Shown: positions 1 through 11,366, counted from the first letter of the stretch. The stretch is 32,000 nucleotides of DNA from a cyanobacterium endosymbiont of Braarudosphaera bigelowii (GCF_020885515.1 NZ_AP024987.1:30001-62000), one strand, 5' to 3'. Made by a program: numbers and translations. Notes: generated by a model from the letters alone, not told the origin.

Positions 1-1
1 G

Positions 2-706
2 TTCACACTTAGAGGTCTTTATTTGTCCAAAGATGGTAATAAACCTTCTCTTGGCAACGGTTTGTTTAATGGTAATTTTACTGCTGGGAGCCAATTAGCC
101 TTTAAGCCAATAGATTCAGTTTCATTCAATTTTCATTTCCTTCATTCTTATTTTAAGTCTAATGATGTTAACATCAGTTCCTCTACAGGAAGTTATGTTG
201 AAAATCATTTTCGCTCTAAGTCTGTTAAAAATAAAATAGGACGAGGTATTGGTAGAGATCCCTTTTTAGGTGCTCCAACTATTAGAGATAGTTATGGAGC
301 AAATGGTAATTGGCGCATTAATAACACATTTAACCTAACAGCCTGGGTTGGATATTCTCTGGCAAGAGCTCAAGGGCACGACTCATCACGAGTTAGTCGT
401 CGTGGATTTGGAGCAGATTACTGGTCATGGATGACTGCTCTTTCTGCAGTAGATTTCTTTAAAGATGGAGCTGTATTATCAGTAGCAGGTGGTGCTTTAC
501 CTAACTCTCGGCGGATTGATGCTATTCCAGGAGACTTGACTATTCCAGATCAAGATACTCCTTACATAATTGAAGCTCAGTATAAATATCCAGTCAATGA
601 CAATATCCTTTTAACCCCTGGATTTTACGTAATATTACAACCAGATGGCAACAACTTAAACAATAGCATTTGGGTTGGAGCTTTACGAACTAGCTTTCAA
701 TTTTGA
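2..706 (+). CDS. Carbohydrate-selective porin OprB / iron-uptake porin family, C-terminal part (5' truncated by window edge)
   Basis: The frame is open upstream of the listed TTG at 23 (FTLRGLYLSKDGNK...), so this is a 3' fragment. Beta-barrel-like strands end in ...GALRTSFQF* with a terminal aromatic Phe typical of outer-membrane porins. Confidence 0.85.
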   Translation, partial: FTLRGLYLSKDGNKPSLGNGLFNGNFTAGSQLAFKPIDSVSFNFHFLHSYFKSNDVNISSSTGSYVENHFRSKSVKNKIGRGIGRDPFLGAPTIRDSYGANGNWRINNTFNLTAWVGYSLARAQGHDSSRVSRRGFGADYWSWMTALSAVDFFKDGAVLSVAGGALPNSRRIDAIPGDLTIPDQDTPYIIEAQYKYPVNDNILLTPGFYVILQPDGNNLNNSIWVGALRTSFQF

Positions 707-835
707 TTAGAAAAATTATAGGGGAAAATAATACTTGTCTCTGATTCTATCGAGTATATTTTAAGTATTCTGGACTAAATTTGTTAGTTGGCTTATTGTT
801 ACTTTAAAAACTACTTTATCTCATAAAGTATAGAT

Positions 836-884
836 AAAATAATGGAACGTAATTTAGTAAATTAGCAGTTCCATTATTTTTTTT
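836..884 (+). terminator. Rho-independent terminator candidate downstream of the porin gene
   Basis: 13-bp perfect stem (AAAATAATGGAAC 836-848 / GTTCCATTATTTT 868-880), a nested inner stem TAATTT/AAATTA, then an uninterrupted run of T to 884. Confidence 0.75.
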
Positions 885-1153
885 ATCGAAATTACTGAAA
901 AAAATTTTCAAACGAAGACGTTAGTCGTTAAATTTTTCTTATAGTTTTCTAAAATAATTAGTTAAATTTTCTATATATTTGTTTTAAGTATAAAATTTGC
1001 TAGTCAATTTTCCATGAGAAACGTTAACATAAATTAACAAGCATTCTTATTAAGGATTTCCTACGTCATAGACGTTATTATCTGCTTAAGTTTTTATTCC
1101 TGATATATTTTACTTAATTCTATCTTCACCCTATTTGAGAAGAGGTTGACAGC

Positions 1154-3010
1154 GTGAACAACAATAACAAAAAATGGCGCAATGCCGGACTATATGGACT
1201 CTTGTTGATTGTTATATTAGCATTAGTATCTGCTTTTCTAGATAATAGCAATACTCAGAGTCGTGAAAATCTTACCTATAGCGATTTCATTAATCAAGTA
1301 GAAAACAACCAAATTGAACAGGTAATATTAAGCGCAGATAGGACACAAGCTAAAGTTTCCAGCTCTAGTAGTGGTGCTCCTTCGTTGGTTAATTTACCAA
1401 ACGATCCAGAACTGATTAATATTCTTTCTAAAAATAAAGTTGATATTATAATTCAACCGCAAAATAGTGAAGGAGTCTGGTTTCGTATTCTTAGTAGCCT
1501 TTTCTTACCTATATTGCTTTTGGTAGGACTTTTTTTTCTATTGCGAAGAACACAAAATGGACCTGGTTCTCAAGCGATGAATTTTGGTAAGTCAAAAGCA
1601 CGAGTCCAAATGGAACCTCAGACTCAGGTTACCTTCGGTGATGTCGCTGGTATAGAACAGGCTAAGTTAGAATTAACTGAAGTAGTTGATTTTCTCAAAA
1701 ATGCTGATCGTTTTACTGCTATTGGTGCAAAAATTCCTAAAGGAGTTCTTTTAGTTGGACCACCTGGAACTGGTAAAACTCTTTTAGCAAGAGCAGTAGC
1801 TGGAGAAGCTGGAGTACCTTTCTTTTCTATTTCTGGTTCAGAATTTGTGGAGATGTTTGTTGGAGTTGGAGCTTCTCGTGTTCGTGATTTATTTGAGCAA
1901 GCCAAAACTAATGCACCCTGTATTGTTTTTATTGACGAAATAGATGCAGTAGGTCGTCAAAGAGGAGCTGGTTTAGGTGGTGGTAATGATGAAAGAGAAC
2001 AAACTTTAAATCAACTATTGACAGAAATGGATGGATTTGAAGGCAACACAGGAATTATTATAATTGCTGCTACTAACCGTCCTGATGTCTTGGATGCGGC
2101 TTTACTGCGCCCCGGTCGTTTTGATCGTCAAGTTGTTGTCGATAGGCCAGATTACGCTGGTCGAAGAGAGATTCTTCAAGTTCATGCTCGAGGAAAAACT
2201 CTTTCTAAAGATGTTGATTTAGATAAAATTGCTCGCCGCACCCCTGGTTTTACAGGAGCTGATCTTTCTAATTTATTAAATGAAGCTGCTATCCTAGCAG
2301 CTCGCCGTAGTCTTACTGAGATTTCAGCAGATGAGGTTAATGACGCCATTGATAGAGTTTTGGCAGGACCTGAGAAAAAAAATCGGGTTATGAGTGAAAA
2401 AAGAAAAACATTAGTAGCATTCCATGAAGCAGGACATGCACTAGTAGGTGCATTAATGCCTGATTACGATCCTGTACAAAAAATTAGTATTATTCCACGT
2501 GGTCAAGCAGGTGGACTGACTTGGTTTACTCCTAGTGAGGAAAGAATGGAATCAGGACTATATTCTCGTGCCTATTTACAAAATCAAATGGCAGTTGCCT
2601 TAGGTGGAAGAGTAGCGGAAGAGATTATTTTTGGAGAAGAAGAAGTAACGACTGGTGCCTCTAATGATTTACAACAAGTAGCAAGAGTAGCACGTCAAAT
2701 GATTACCCGTTTTGGTATGAGTGATCGATTGGGACCAGTGGCTCTAGGAAGACAGAATGGTGGTGGAGTATTTTTAGGCAAAGAAATTGCTTCTGATAGA
2801 GATTTCTCAAATGAAACTGCATCTGCCATAGATGAAGAAGTTCGTCAATTAGTAGATACAGCGTATAAGCGTGCAAAAAATGTACTGGAAGATAATCGTC
2901 ATGTTTTGGATGACTTAGCAAAAATGTTAATAGAAAAAGAAACAGTTGACTCAGATGAATTACAAACAATTCTGAATAATAATCAATTAACTATGGCTAA
3001 ATTAGCCTAA
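1154..3010 (+). CDS. ftsH: ATP-dependent zinc metalloprotease FtsH (cyanobacterial FtsH, GTG start)
   Basis: 618 aa; N-terminal TM segments, Walker A GPPGTGKT, Walker [36 protein letters not shown], zinc motif HEAGH. Confidence 0.98.
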   Translation: MNNNNKKWRNAGLYGLLLIVILALVSAFLDNSNTQSRENLTYSDFINQVENNQIEQVILSADRTQAKVSSSSSGAPSLVNLPNDPELINILSKNKVDIIIQPQNSEGVWFRILSSLFLPILLLVGLFFLLRRTQNGPGSQAMNFGKSKARVQMEPQTQVTFGDVAGIEQAKLELTEVVDFLKNADRFTAIGAKIPKGVLLVGPPGTGKTLLARAVAGEAGVPFFSISGSEFVEMFVGVGASRVRDLFEQAKTNAPCIVFIDEIDAVGRQRGAGLGGGNDEREQTLNQLLTEMDGFEGNTGIIIIAATNRPDVLDAALLRPGRFDRQVVVDRPDYAGRREILQVHARGKTLSKDVDLDKIARRTPGFTGADLSNLLNEAAILAARRSLTEISADEVNDAIDRVLAGPEKKNRVMSEKRKTLVAFHEAGHALVGALMPDYDPVQKISIIPRGQAGGLTWFTPSEERMESGLYSRAYLQNQMAVALGGRVAEEIIFGEEEVTTGASNDLQQVARVARQMITRFGMSDRLGPVALGRQNGGGVFLGKEIASDRDFSNETASAIDEEVRQLVDTAYKRAKNVLEDNRHVLDDLAKMLIEKETVDSDELQTILNNNQLTMAKLA

Positions 3011-3022
3011 TATCAAGTTGAT

Positions 3023-3084
3023 ATAAATAAGGTTGTTAATGTAGTGTAATTTATTTAATACACTACATTAACAACCTTATTTAT
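3023..3084. terminator. Terminator candidate between convergent ftsH and the YggT gene
   Basis: 26-bp perfect inverted repeat (ATAAATAAGGTTGTTAATGTAGTGTA 3023-3048 / TACACTACATTAACAACCTTATTTAT 3059-3084) with a 10-nt loop, 12 nt after the ftsH stop. Confidence 0.8.
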
Positions 3085-3389
3085 TTTATGATTTCTAAAA
3101 AATATTTTTTAAAAATGGATTAACTATATATTTTTTTAAAGTTCTTGAAAGTAAAATTTTAACCCTATAACTTATAGTCATAGCATATCTCTCTAGAAAA
3201 CAATACCTAGATAGAATTTTATTTATTAAATACGACAATGATAATAACTTATAAACAAATTTAATAATTAAACTTATCATAGGAATTAGTAATTCTAGAA
3301 CATAATTTTTTTTAGCCTATTAACCAATTCCTTAGAAAGTTAAAAAATGTAATATTTATAGATTTTATATGAATAATTTTTAAAATTCA

Positions 3390-3680
3390 TCAAAAGCCTA
3401 CTGCGCCATATGTAGATAAACTATCTAAAATACTTGACAGAAATTGTAGTGCAAGAATAGCTAAAATTGCAGAAATATCGATACCACCTAGTGGAGGTAT
3501 AAATGAACGAAAGATATTAAGGTATGGATCAATAATAGGACTTAAAAAAGACATGGCATTGTATGCCCACTCTGCAGTTTGAAACCAAGAAAGTAAAATA
3601 CGGATAAAAATTAATACAAGGTATATATTAAGAAATGTATTTAGGGTTTGAAAAATCAGCTGAGTGATCGCAGTGTTCAT
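3390..3680 (-). CDS. YggT family / Ycf19-like membrane protein
   Basis: 96 aa with two hydrophobic segments; RILLSWFQTAEW...PIIDPYLNIFRSFIPPLGGIDISAILAILALQFL matches the YggT/Ycf19 signature. Confidence 0.9.
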   Translation of the reverse strand: MNTAITQLIFQTLNTFLNIYLVLIFIRILLSWFQTAEWAYNAMSFLSPIIDPYLNIFRSFIPPLGGIDISAILAILALQFLSSILDSLSTYGAVGF

Positions 3681-3817
3681 TTTTAATTATTCTCCTCATT
3701 TATAAATATATATTCTCTAACGATTCTATATCAAATCTAGATAACATGACATGACAAATTTCTTAGATACCTTTAGTTGTTTTTGTAGTGTTGTTTTTTG
3801 CTTAAAAAGCAAAATCG

Positions 3818-5563
3818 TTAATCAATAATTTCTATTAGTTGATTTTGTTGCCATAGAGTCTGAAAAATTCCAGGCATATTTACTAAGGTTTTATAAGTTC
3901 CAATTTGTATAATTTCTCCATGATTCATAACAAAAATTCTATCTGCATGAGCAGCCGCAGATAATTGGTGAGAAATAAAGATAACACTTTTCTTTTTTTC
4001 ATTTGAGAGATTTTCAAGAATGCAAGTAGCAGTTTTATTATCTACACTAGAAAGAGCATCATCTAATATTAATATAGGAGAATCCATAAGCAATGCTCGA
4101 GCAAGAGCTGCACGTTGACGTTGACCTCCTGACAATGTAATTCCTCTCTCTCCTACTAAAGTTTCATATTGTTGAGGAAAGTTTAAAATCTCTTGATGAA
4201 TTTGAGATTTTTTGGCTGTATGTATTACCTCAAAAATATTTTTTCTTGGATCCCCATAACGAATATTATTTAATATTGTAGTATTGAATAGGAAACTATC
4301 TTGTGGCACATAGGTAATAATTTCTCTTAATGATTTTAAATAAATTTCAGTAAAATCATGATTATCTAGGAAAAGTTCTCCAGCTTCAATATCTAACAAG
4401 CGAAGCAACGCATTAGCTAAGGTTGTTTTACCAGAACCAACAGGGCCTACAATTGCTACTATTTCTCCAGGCTTAATAGTAAAATTAATATTTCTAATCG
4501 TTGGATCTTTTTTGCCTGGATAGGTGTAAGATAGATTTTTTGCTACTATTGTCCCATTAACAGAGCTAATAGGTAAAAATTTATTATTAACTATATTGTT
4601 AACCTTAGGTCTTATGTTAAAAATAGTTTCTACTCTATCAATACTAACTTCTCCTCGTTGATAGGCCGTAATAGTAAATCCTAATAAAGCAGTTGGAAAC
4701 ACTAAACGTTCAACTAAAATTATTAAAGCAATAAAATCTCCTATACTGATATTGTTTCGATCAATTTCATATGCTCCAAAGCTTAGCAATAATAGCAAGC
4801 TAGTATAAGATAATCCTTCAATTAAAGGAAATAAAAAGTTTTCAATCTGGGCTAATTTTAATTTAGCTTGTAACAATTGATAGTTTCTATAGTTAAACTC
4901 TCGTTTCTCACTATTTTCTTGAGCATAAATTTTTATTAAAGATATATTACTCATATCTTCCTGAATTAATTGGCTAATTATAGATAGTTGGTTTTGTACA
5001 GCTAATTGTTGTTTCTGTAAGTTTTTGCTAAAGATCTTTACTATAACTAACATCAAAGGATAAACAATAACTGCACAAATACTGAGTAAGATGTTTATAC
5101 TCAACATGACAGGAAAAGTTAGAGTATAAACAAAAATTGTATTAATTAAACTAAGTAAGGCAAAACCTACCAAAAGTCGAATGTTATCGACATCACTAGT
5201 TGCACGACTAATAAAATCTCCAGATGTATGTGTTGAAAAATATTCTGGTTCTAAAGTCAATAAATGTTGAAAAATCTTTTGCTTTAGACTAAATTCAACA
5301 TCACGTCCTACTCCAAAAATTAGTAATCGAGACAACATTCTAATAATCCATGCAATTGAAGCCAATACGAAAATAAGAATAGCAGTTTTAAATACCTGAT
5401 AAATATTAAAAGAATACCTTAAGCTATCGACGTTGTCCCTTATTAATAGAGGTATATAAACACCTAGGCTGTTAACTATTAGTAATGAAAGTGTACCGAT
5501 TAATATACTAGCTTTATAAGGAACGAGATAAATAAACAATTGTTGTAATTTTAGTATTTTCAT
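3818..5563 (-). CDS. ABC transporter, fused permease and ATP-binding (MdlB/MsbA-like exporter)
   Basis: 581 aa; six-TM N-terminal domain, Walker A GPVGSGKTTLANAL, signature LSGGQRQRAALARALL, Walker B PILILDDALSSVD. Confidence 0.93.
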   Translation of the reverse strand: MKILKLQQLFIYLVPYKASILIGTLSLLIVNSLGVYIPLLIRDNVDSLRYSFNIYQVFKTAILIFVLASIAWIIRMLSRLLIFGVGRDVEFSLKQKIFQHLLTLEPEYFSTHTSGDFISRATSDVDNIRLLVGFALLSLINTIFVYTLTFPVMLSINILLSICAVIVYPLMLVIVKIFSKNLQKQQLAVQNQLSIISQLIQEDMSNISLIKIYAQENSEKREFNYRNYQLLQAKLKLAQIENFLFPLIEGLSYTSLLLLLSFGAYEIDRNNISIGDFIALIILVERLVFPTALLGFTITAYQRGEVSIDRVETIFNIRPKVNNIVNNKFLPISSVNGTIVAKNLSYTYPGKKDPTIRNINFTIKPGEIVAIVGPVGSGKTTLANALLRLLDIEAGELFLDNHDFTEIYLKSLREIITYVPQDSFLFNTTILNNIRYGDPRKNIFEVIHTAKKSQIHQEILNFPQQYETLVGERGITLSGGQRQRAALARALLMDSPILILDDALSSVDNKTATCILENLSNEKKKSVIFISHQLSAAAHADRIFVMNHGEIIQIGTYKTLVNMPGIFQTLWQQNQLIEIID

Positions 5564-6003
5564 AAACTAATAATAAAGTTCCTTTTTTTGTAAAGCAGTA
5601 TAGTAAAGGTATAACTAGAACGTAATGATACAAAAAAATACTTCTTTATATCTAATTAATGGATATGATAACTAATTAAGGTTTTAAAAATAGAAAATAA
5701 AAATTTTACTAACCCTTAAACTCTTAACCATTTAAAAAAGCTAATTTTTTTATCTTAGGAAAGGTAGAGAATCTTTTAAAATTAATTAGTTTAAGAAGTA
5801 ACAATAATATCTCTAATATATGTTTTTATTATAAAATAAGTCTTAGATATAGATAATTAAGTTTAGGTAATTTGATAGGTATAATGTGGTATTACATTTT
5901 TTAAAAGACTAATTGAGATAAAGGAGTTAACATAAAGAGAGTCATCTAAAATTTGACTGAGCGAGACGAACTAGATTATTATCGAATTTAAATATTTGTT
6001 TCA

Positions 6004-7770
6004 ATGGCTAAGACCCCAGTTTCATCCACCCGTAAAGTTTCCAAATTAGAAAAAATTAAGGAAACTAGTAACTTTTTGAGAGAACCACTAGCAACCCAAT
6101 TATTAGAAAATAGTACTCATTTCACAGAAGAAGCAGTCCAAATTCTTAAATTTCATGGTTCTTACCAGCAAGATAACAGAGATAACAGAGTAAAAGGGCA
6201 AGAAAAAGACTATCAATTTATGTTACGTACTCGTAACCCAGGTGGTTTTATTTCTCCTCAGCTTTATGCCGCTTTAGATGAACTCAGTAATAATTATGGT
6301 AACCACACCTTAAGGATAACAACGCGTCAAGGACTCCAGATTCATGGAATTGTGAAAAAAAATCTAAAACTGGCAATTTCAACAATTGTCAAAAATATGG
6401 GTTCAACTTTAGGTGCCTGTGGGGATTTAAATCGTAACGTGATGTCTCCTCCTGCACCCTTTAAGAATCATCCAGAATACGAATACGCTAGAGAGTATGC
6501 AGATAAGATAGCTGACTTACTAAGTCCCCAAACATCAGCTTATTATGAAATTTGGCTAGACGGTGAAAAAACTATTAGTTCAGAAGAATCTCTTGAAGTT
6601 GTAAAAGCTCGTCAAAAGAATAGCCAAGGAAATTTCTTTGATGATGGAGATGAACCTATTTATGGTAAATACTATATGCCGCGCAAGTTTAAATGTAGTA
6701 TTACTGTACCTGGAGATAATTCTATTGATTTATATACACATGATGTCAGTTTGGTAGTTATTACAGATAATAACAAAAAGTTACTTGGTTTTAATATTCT
6801 TACAGGCGGAGGAATGGGGCGTACTCATAATAAAGAAGAAACTTTTCCCCGATTAGCAGATCCTCTTGGTTATGTAAATAAACAAGATATTTATGAGTTT
6901 ATGAAGTCAATTATAGCTGTACAGCGAGATTACGGAGATCGTAATCAACGCCGTCATGCTCGTATGAAATATCTCATTGAAGACTGGGGTTTAAATACAT
7001 TTCGTAAAAAAATAGAGGAGTACTTAGGCAAAAAAATAGAACCGTTTAAGCCCCTTCCAGATTGGCAATATAAAGACTATCTTGGTTGGCAAGAGCAAGG
7101 AGACGGTAAGTTATTTTTAGGTATCTCTATAGAAAATGGTCGAATTCAGGATAAAGACAATTTTCGTTTAAAAACTGCTCTTAAAGAAATTAATAATAAA
7201 TACTTTTTACCTATACGTTTAACTGCTAATCATAATCTTATCCTTTACGATATTGCTTCAACTTCTAAAGTAGAGATTGAAGCGATTCTTAAATCTCATG
7301 GTATCGTCAGTGATCCGCAAAAGTTAAATTTCTTAACCCGTTATTCTATGGCTTGTCCTGCCCTACCTACTTGCAGCCTGGCTATAACAGAATCAGAAAG
7401 AATACTTCCTACTATAATTAGTCGTATTCAAAATGTCTTACATTTATTGGATTTATCTTCAGAAAAAATTGTTATTAGAATGACAGGATGCCCAAATGGT
7501 TGTGCACGGCCCTATATGGCAGAATTAGGATTTGTAGGTAGTGCGCCAGGAAATTATCAAATTTGGCTAGGAGGTAACTCAGATCAAACTCAACTAGCTA
7601 AACCTTATATTGATAAATTACCTGATGAAGAAATAGAAAGTTTTATTGAGCCATTGTTCTTTTATTTCAAAAAAGAGAAACAAAACAATGAAAGTTTTGG
7701 GACATTTTGTCATAGAGTTGGTTTTGAAGCTCTTCATGATTTTTCTGCAACTTATGTACCCATAGAGTAA
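6004..7770 (+). CDS. sir: Ferredoxin-dependent sulfite reductase
   Basis: 588 aa siroheme/4Fe-4S reductase; [28 protein letters not shown], cluster ligands ACPALPTC...[20 protein letters not shown]; fits the sulfite reductase branch better than NirA. Confidence 0.87.
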   Translation: MAKTPVSSTRKVSKLEKIKETSNFLREPLATQLLENSTHFTEEAVQILKFHGSYQQDNRDNRVKGQEKDYQFMLRTRNPGGFISPQLYAALDELSNNYGNHTLRITTRQGLQIHGIVKKNLKLAISTIVKNMGSTLGACGDLNRNVMSPPAPFKNHPEYEYAREYADKIADLLSPQTSAYYEIWLDGEKTISSEESLEVVKARQKNSQGNFFDDGDEPIYGKYYMPRKFKCSITVPGDNSIDLYTHDVSLVVITDNNKKLLGFNILTGGGMGRTHNKEETFPRLADPLGYVNKQDIYEFMKSIIAVQRDYGDRNQRRHARMKYLIEDWGLNTFRKKIEEYLGKKIEPFKPLPDWQYKDYLGWQEQGDGKLFLGISIENGRIQDKDNFRLKTALKEINNKYFLPIRLTANHNLILYDIASTSKVEIEAILKSHGIVSDPQKLNFLTRYSMACPALPTCSLAITESERILPTIISRIQNVLHLLDLSSEKIVIRMTGCPNGCARPYMAELGFVGSAPGNYQIWLGGNSDQTQLAKPYIDKLPDEEIESFIEPLFFYFKKEKQNNESFGTFCHRVGFEALHDFSATYVPIE

Positions 7771-7843
7771 TATCTTAAAGATAAAATTCTTCAATTAAAA
7801 AAAGAGATGACACTTGATCTTTTAGTTTGCAAGAAGTGAAAGT

Positions 7844-7894
7844 AATTAGGTGGATGAGAAAAAATTTTAATTTTTTCTCATCCACCTAATTTTT
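7844..7894 (+). terminator. Rho-independent terminator of sir
   Basis: 21-bp perfect stem (AATTAGGTGGATGAGAAAAAA 7844-7864 / TTTTTTCTCATCCACCTAATT 7871-7891), 6-nt loop, followed by T's to 7894; about 75 nt after the sir stop. Confidence 0.88.
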
Positions 7895-8181
7895 ATAAGT
7901 AAAAAATATTAAGTCTACAGTCAGAATGTAAAATAACCTTATTGTGGGGCTAGTTTAAACTAATTGTTATATTTTTTGTAGTTTCTAAAATATAAGTTGT
8001 ATGAGTTGGATTTTAAATCGACCTTTAAATAACGAAATATTACTATTATTGATACTTAGTTTAGATTCAATAAAAAGTTTTTACAAATATTTAATAACAA
8101 TTTAAATAATTAAGTAAAAAATTTATGTAGTTAATTTATAGTAGAGTTAATAGTACGATGAATCGAAAGATTTAATGAATT

Positions 8182-8242
8182 CCATGAAAAATTATGATAA
8201 CAAAATTATAGGCAAGGTTAAATTTTGTTAATGTCATCATGG
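8182..8242 (+). promoter_or_regulatory. Structured 5' leader candidate upstream of mgtE
   Basis: Outer stem CCATGA (8182-8187)/TCATGG (8237-8242) encloses inner stem TAACAAAATT (8198-8207)/AATTTTGTTA (8221-8230) with a 13-nt loop, 60 nt before the mgtE ATG. Confidence 0.35.
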
Positions 8243-8302
8243 TAAAAAAAAAGGCAAAATGGGCTTTGACTCAATCTATAACTATTGAATAAACCTATAA
8301 CT

Positions 8303-9673
8303 ATGGTGCAATTAAATACCCGTAAAGAGTTGCGTCAGCTAATCTGTAATAAATTAGCTTTACTATTAAAACAAGGAAACTTACAAGAAGCAAAAAAAAT
8401 TCTTGTATCTGTACAACCTGTAGATATAGCTGAAGCTATTGGAGGTTTATCTAAATCAATACAAGTAATTGCTTTTCGCTTATTATCGAAGGAAGAAGCC
8501 ATTGCTGTTTATGAACACCTAGAATCTACAGTTCAACAATCTCTGCTTGAGCAATTTAAGCAACAGGAAGTTAGAGATATAGTTGATAGAATGTCTCCTG
8601 ACGACCGAGCTCGTTTATTTGATGAGCTACCGGCAAAAATCGTTCGACGTTTATTAGAACAACTAAGTCCTGAAGAAAGGCAAGCAACAGCTTTATTACT
8701 AGGATATGAGGAACATACTGCTGGGCGTATTATGACTCCAGAGTATATCTCCTTAAAACAAAGCTTTACTGTTTCTCGAACACTTGAACATATAAGGACT
8801 TTAGCTACTTCTTCTGAAATAGTTTATTACCTATATGTAACTGATGCTTTCCGCCATCTTGTGGGTATTGTTTCTTTAAGAGATTTAGTTTTATCTCATC
8901 CAGATACCATTCTTGGAAAAATAATGGTGAAAGATATTGTTTGTGTTAACACTAACGATGATCAAGAAGAAGTTGCACAAACAATACAAAGATATGACTT
9001 ATTTGCAGTTCCTGTTGTAGACAAGGAACAGAGACTTGTTGGAGTAGTTACTGTAGACGATGTTATTGATATTATTCAACAAGAAGCTACTGAAGATATC
9101 TATGCTTTAGGAGGAGTTCAATCAGACGGTGAAAACTATTTTCAAACAGATTTATTAACAGTTACAAGGAAGAGGGTTGCATGGTTATTGATTTTGTTAC
9201 TTACAAATACTGTTACTGGAATGATAATTAAATCTCAAGTCGCTTTGATAGAACAAATGGCAATTTTAACTGCTTTTATTCCACTACTAATAGGCACTGG
9301 AGGTAATGTTGGGGCTCAATCTTCGACAGTCGTGATAAGAGGATTGAATACGAACGATATTAGAGATCTTGGCTCTAAACAAGTAATTTTAAGAGAGCTC
9401 ACAGCTGGAACTTTATTAGGAATTATCCTAGGAATTTTAGCTACAATTTGGGCCTATGGAGTTCAAGGAAGTTGGCTAGTATCTATATCTGTAGGTATCA
9501 GTTTAGTTATAATTGCAATTTTGGCTTCAATAGCAGGTTCAGCCTTACCCTTTGTTTTTAGAAGTTTTGGATTAGATCCTGCTTTAATGTCGGCTCCTTT
9601 TATTACAACTATAGTTGATGTAGTAGGGGTATTAATTTATTTTTCTACTGCTAAACTTGTCTTAGGATTGTAA
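8303..9673 (+). CDS. mgtE: Magnesium transporter MgtE
   Basis: MgtE N domain, CBS pair and TM domain; DMSPDDRARLFDELPAKIVRRLLEQLSPEERQATALLLGYEEHTAGRIMT, PLLIGTGGNVGAQSSTVVIRGL. The ORF track starts at a TTG (8285); ATG at 8303 is the more likely start. Confidence 0.95.
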   Translation: MVQLNTRKELRQLICNKLALLLKQGNLQEAKKILVSVQPVDIAEAIGGLSKSIQVIAFRLLSKEEAIAVYEHLESTVQQSLLEQFKQQEVRDIVDRMSPDDRARLFDELPAKIVRRLLEQLSPEERQATALLLGYEEHTAGRIMTPEYISLKQSFTVSRTLEHIRTLATSSEIVYYLYVTDAFRHLVGIVSLRDLVLSHPDTILGKIMVKDIVCVNTNDDQEEVAQTIQRYDLFAVPVVDKEQRLVGVVTVDDVIDIIQQEATEDIYALGGVQSDGENYFQTDLLTVTRKRVAWLLILLLTNTVTGMIIKSQVALIEQMAILTAFIPLLIGTGGNVGAQSSTVVIRGLNTNDIRDLGSKQVILRELTAGTLLGIILGILATIWAYGVQGSWLVSISVGISLVIIAILASIAGSALPFVFRSFGLDPALMSAPFITTIVDVVGVLIYFSTAKLVLGL

Positions 9674-9731
9674 TTTTTTTCATATACAAAAAATTGTTAT
9701 AGTATACTTTGACAAATAACACAAAGTAATA

Positions 9732-10823
9732 TTACTTTAATATTTTACATTGGGCCTGCCAACGCAATAAATGGTCACATAGAACCAAAGCTACCATTGC
9801 ATCAACCATAGGTACTGCTCTGGGCAAAACGCAAGGATCATGTCTTCCTTTACTAGATAAGATTGCCTCTATATTGTCAGATGTAACAGTTTTTTGTTTT
9901 TTTCCAATAGTTGCCGTTGGTTTAAATGCAGTTCGAATAATAATATTTTCTCCATTACTAATTCCTCCTTGAATTCCCCCTGATCTATTAGTTTTGGTAC
10001 GTATGTTTCCAGTACTATCTATATAAAATTCATCATTATGCTGACTTCCTGTCATTAACGTTCCTTTAAATCCTGAGCCTATCTCAAACCCTTTGCTAGC
10101 TGGTAAAGACATTACAGCTTTAGCCAAGTCAGCTTCTAATTTATCAAATACAGGTTCACCTAAACCTTGAGGAGAATTACGTACAACACATTCAATAACT
10201 CCTCCTATTGAATCATTGCTTTTCTTAATATCCTCTATTAAAGAAATCATTTGTCTAGCAACCTTTTGATCAGGACAACGAATAAAGTTATTCTCAATTT
10301 CTTCAAAAGTAATTTTATTCGGATTTACTACTGCTCTTAAGTTTTTAACTTGTTTTACATAACTAATTATTTCAACGTTGTTAAATTGCTTAAGAATTTT
10401 CTTTGCGATCGCTCCTGCAGCTACTCTACCGATAGTTTCCCGTGCCGACGATCTACCACCACCTTGCCAATTCCTAGTTTTATATTTTGTCTCATACGTC
10501 CAATCTGCATGAGATGGTCTAAATTTGCTTTTCATCTCATCATAGTCTTGCGGACAAAAATCTTTATTGTGAACCAAAATAGTGATAGGAGTTCCTAAAG
10601 TTAAACCATTAAATATTCCAGAAACAATTTCACAATTATCCATTTCTTGGCGAGAAGTAGTAATTTTACTTTGACCTGGTCGACGACGGTTTAAATCTTT
10701 TTGAATATCTATTTCAGATATTTCCAAGCATGGAGGACAACCATCAATGATTACCCCAACTACTCCTCCATGTGATTCTCCAAATGTGGTAACACGAAAT
10801 AGTTTACCAAAAGTATTACCCAT
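9732..10823 (-). CDS. aroC: Chorismate synthase
   Basis: 363 aa starting [33 protein letters not shown]; [14 protein letters not shown]; [22 protein letters not shown]; [17 protein letters not shown]. Confidence 0.98.
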   Translation of the reverse strand: MGNTFGKLFRVTTFGESHGGVVGVIIDGCPPCLEISEIDIQKDLNRRRPGQSKITTSRQEMDNCEIVSGIFNGLTLGTPITILVHNKDFCPQDYDEMKSKFRPSHADWTYETKYKTRNWQGGGRSSARETIGRVAAGAIAKKILKQFNNVEIISYVKQVKNLRAVVNPNKITFEEIENNFIRCPDQKVARQMISLIEDIKKSNDSIGGVIECVVRNSPQGLGEPVFDKLEADLAKAVMSLPASKGFEIGSGFKGTLMTGSQHNDEFYIDSTGNIRTKTNRSGGIQGGISNGENIIIRTAFKPTATIGKKQKTVTSDNIEAILSSKGRHDPCVLPRAVPMVDAMVALVLCDHLLRWQAQCKILK

Positions 10824-11004
10824 ATGACTTATTTTGAATTGAGATTCATTATATCGTAATGATTTTGAATATAGAATTTGATATATTTTAGATAAATTAA
10901 TTTACCTAAAACTATTAATTTTTGATAAATTGACTAAACCTGAGAAAAAAATAAAGCTACAATTATTATGGCTGTATTTTAAGCAGCATTGGAGAAAATG
11001 CGGA

Positions 11005-11217
11005 ATGACTACTATGAACCTAACAGAAAAAGATATTTCCGCTTTAACAGAGCAGGATATAATAGCCCTTGTAGCTCGTTTAGATCAAGACGACTACAAC
11101 AATCCTTTCGAGTCTCTCGAAGACTGGCATGTATTAAGAACAATACTTTTTCAGCGCCAAGATCTGGCTGAACCTTATTTACATTTACTTGATATTGAAG
11201 CATATGATGAAGCATAA
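11005..11217 (+). CDS. Small conserved-looking cyanobacterial hypothetical protein (70 aa)
   Basis: Acidic, ordered sequence MTTMNLTEKDISALTEQDIIALVARLDQDDYNNPFESLEDWHVLRTILFQRQDLAEPYLHLLDIEAYDEA. The upstream 25 aa of the tracked ORF (from 10930) look like translated leader. Confidence 0.65.
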   Translation: MTTMNLTEKDISALTEQDIIALVARLDQDDYNNPFESLEDWHVLRTILFQRQDLAEPYLHLLDIEAYDEA

Positions 11218-11366
11218 GTCATATTGTCATTTCAACAACTTCCTACTAAATTAGGTAGTAGTATAACCTTTATAATTTTTCTAGTGAAAATAGCAAATCT
11301 TTATCTTGTACTAAATATATTTTATTTGATAACTAGATTTATTTTTACAAGAGCTCAAATGTAAGA

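Noticed and set aside
1624-1905. 93-aa antisense ORF inside ftsH
   Set aside because: Fully within a well-conserved ftsH coding sequence; composition follows the complementary codons and no known motif is present.
2703-2969. 88-aa minus ORF inside ftsH
   Set aside because: Shadow ORF of ftsH.
3095-3280. 61-aa minus ORF in the ftsH/YggT gap
   Set aside because: Low-complexity AT-rich translation (SYLINKILSRYCFLERYAM...) with no recognisable family; chance ORF in a stop-poor stretch is more likely.
10350-10598. 82-aa plus ORF inside aroC
   Set aside because: Antisense to highly conserved chorismate synthase.
10989-11215. Overlapping ORFs 10989..11171 (+) and 11012..11215 (-) over the small acidic gene
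   Set aside because: Only the frame at 11005..11217 has protein-like composition; the other two are Arg/Ser/Leu-rich shadow frames.
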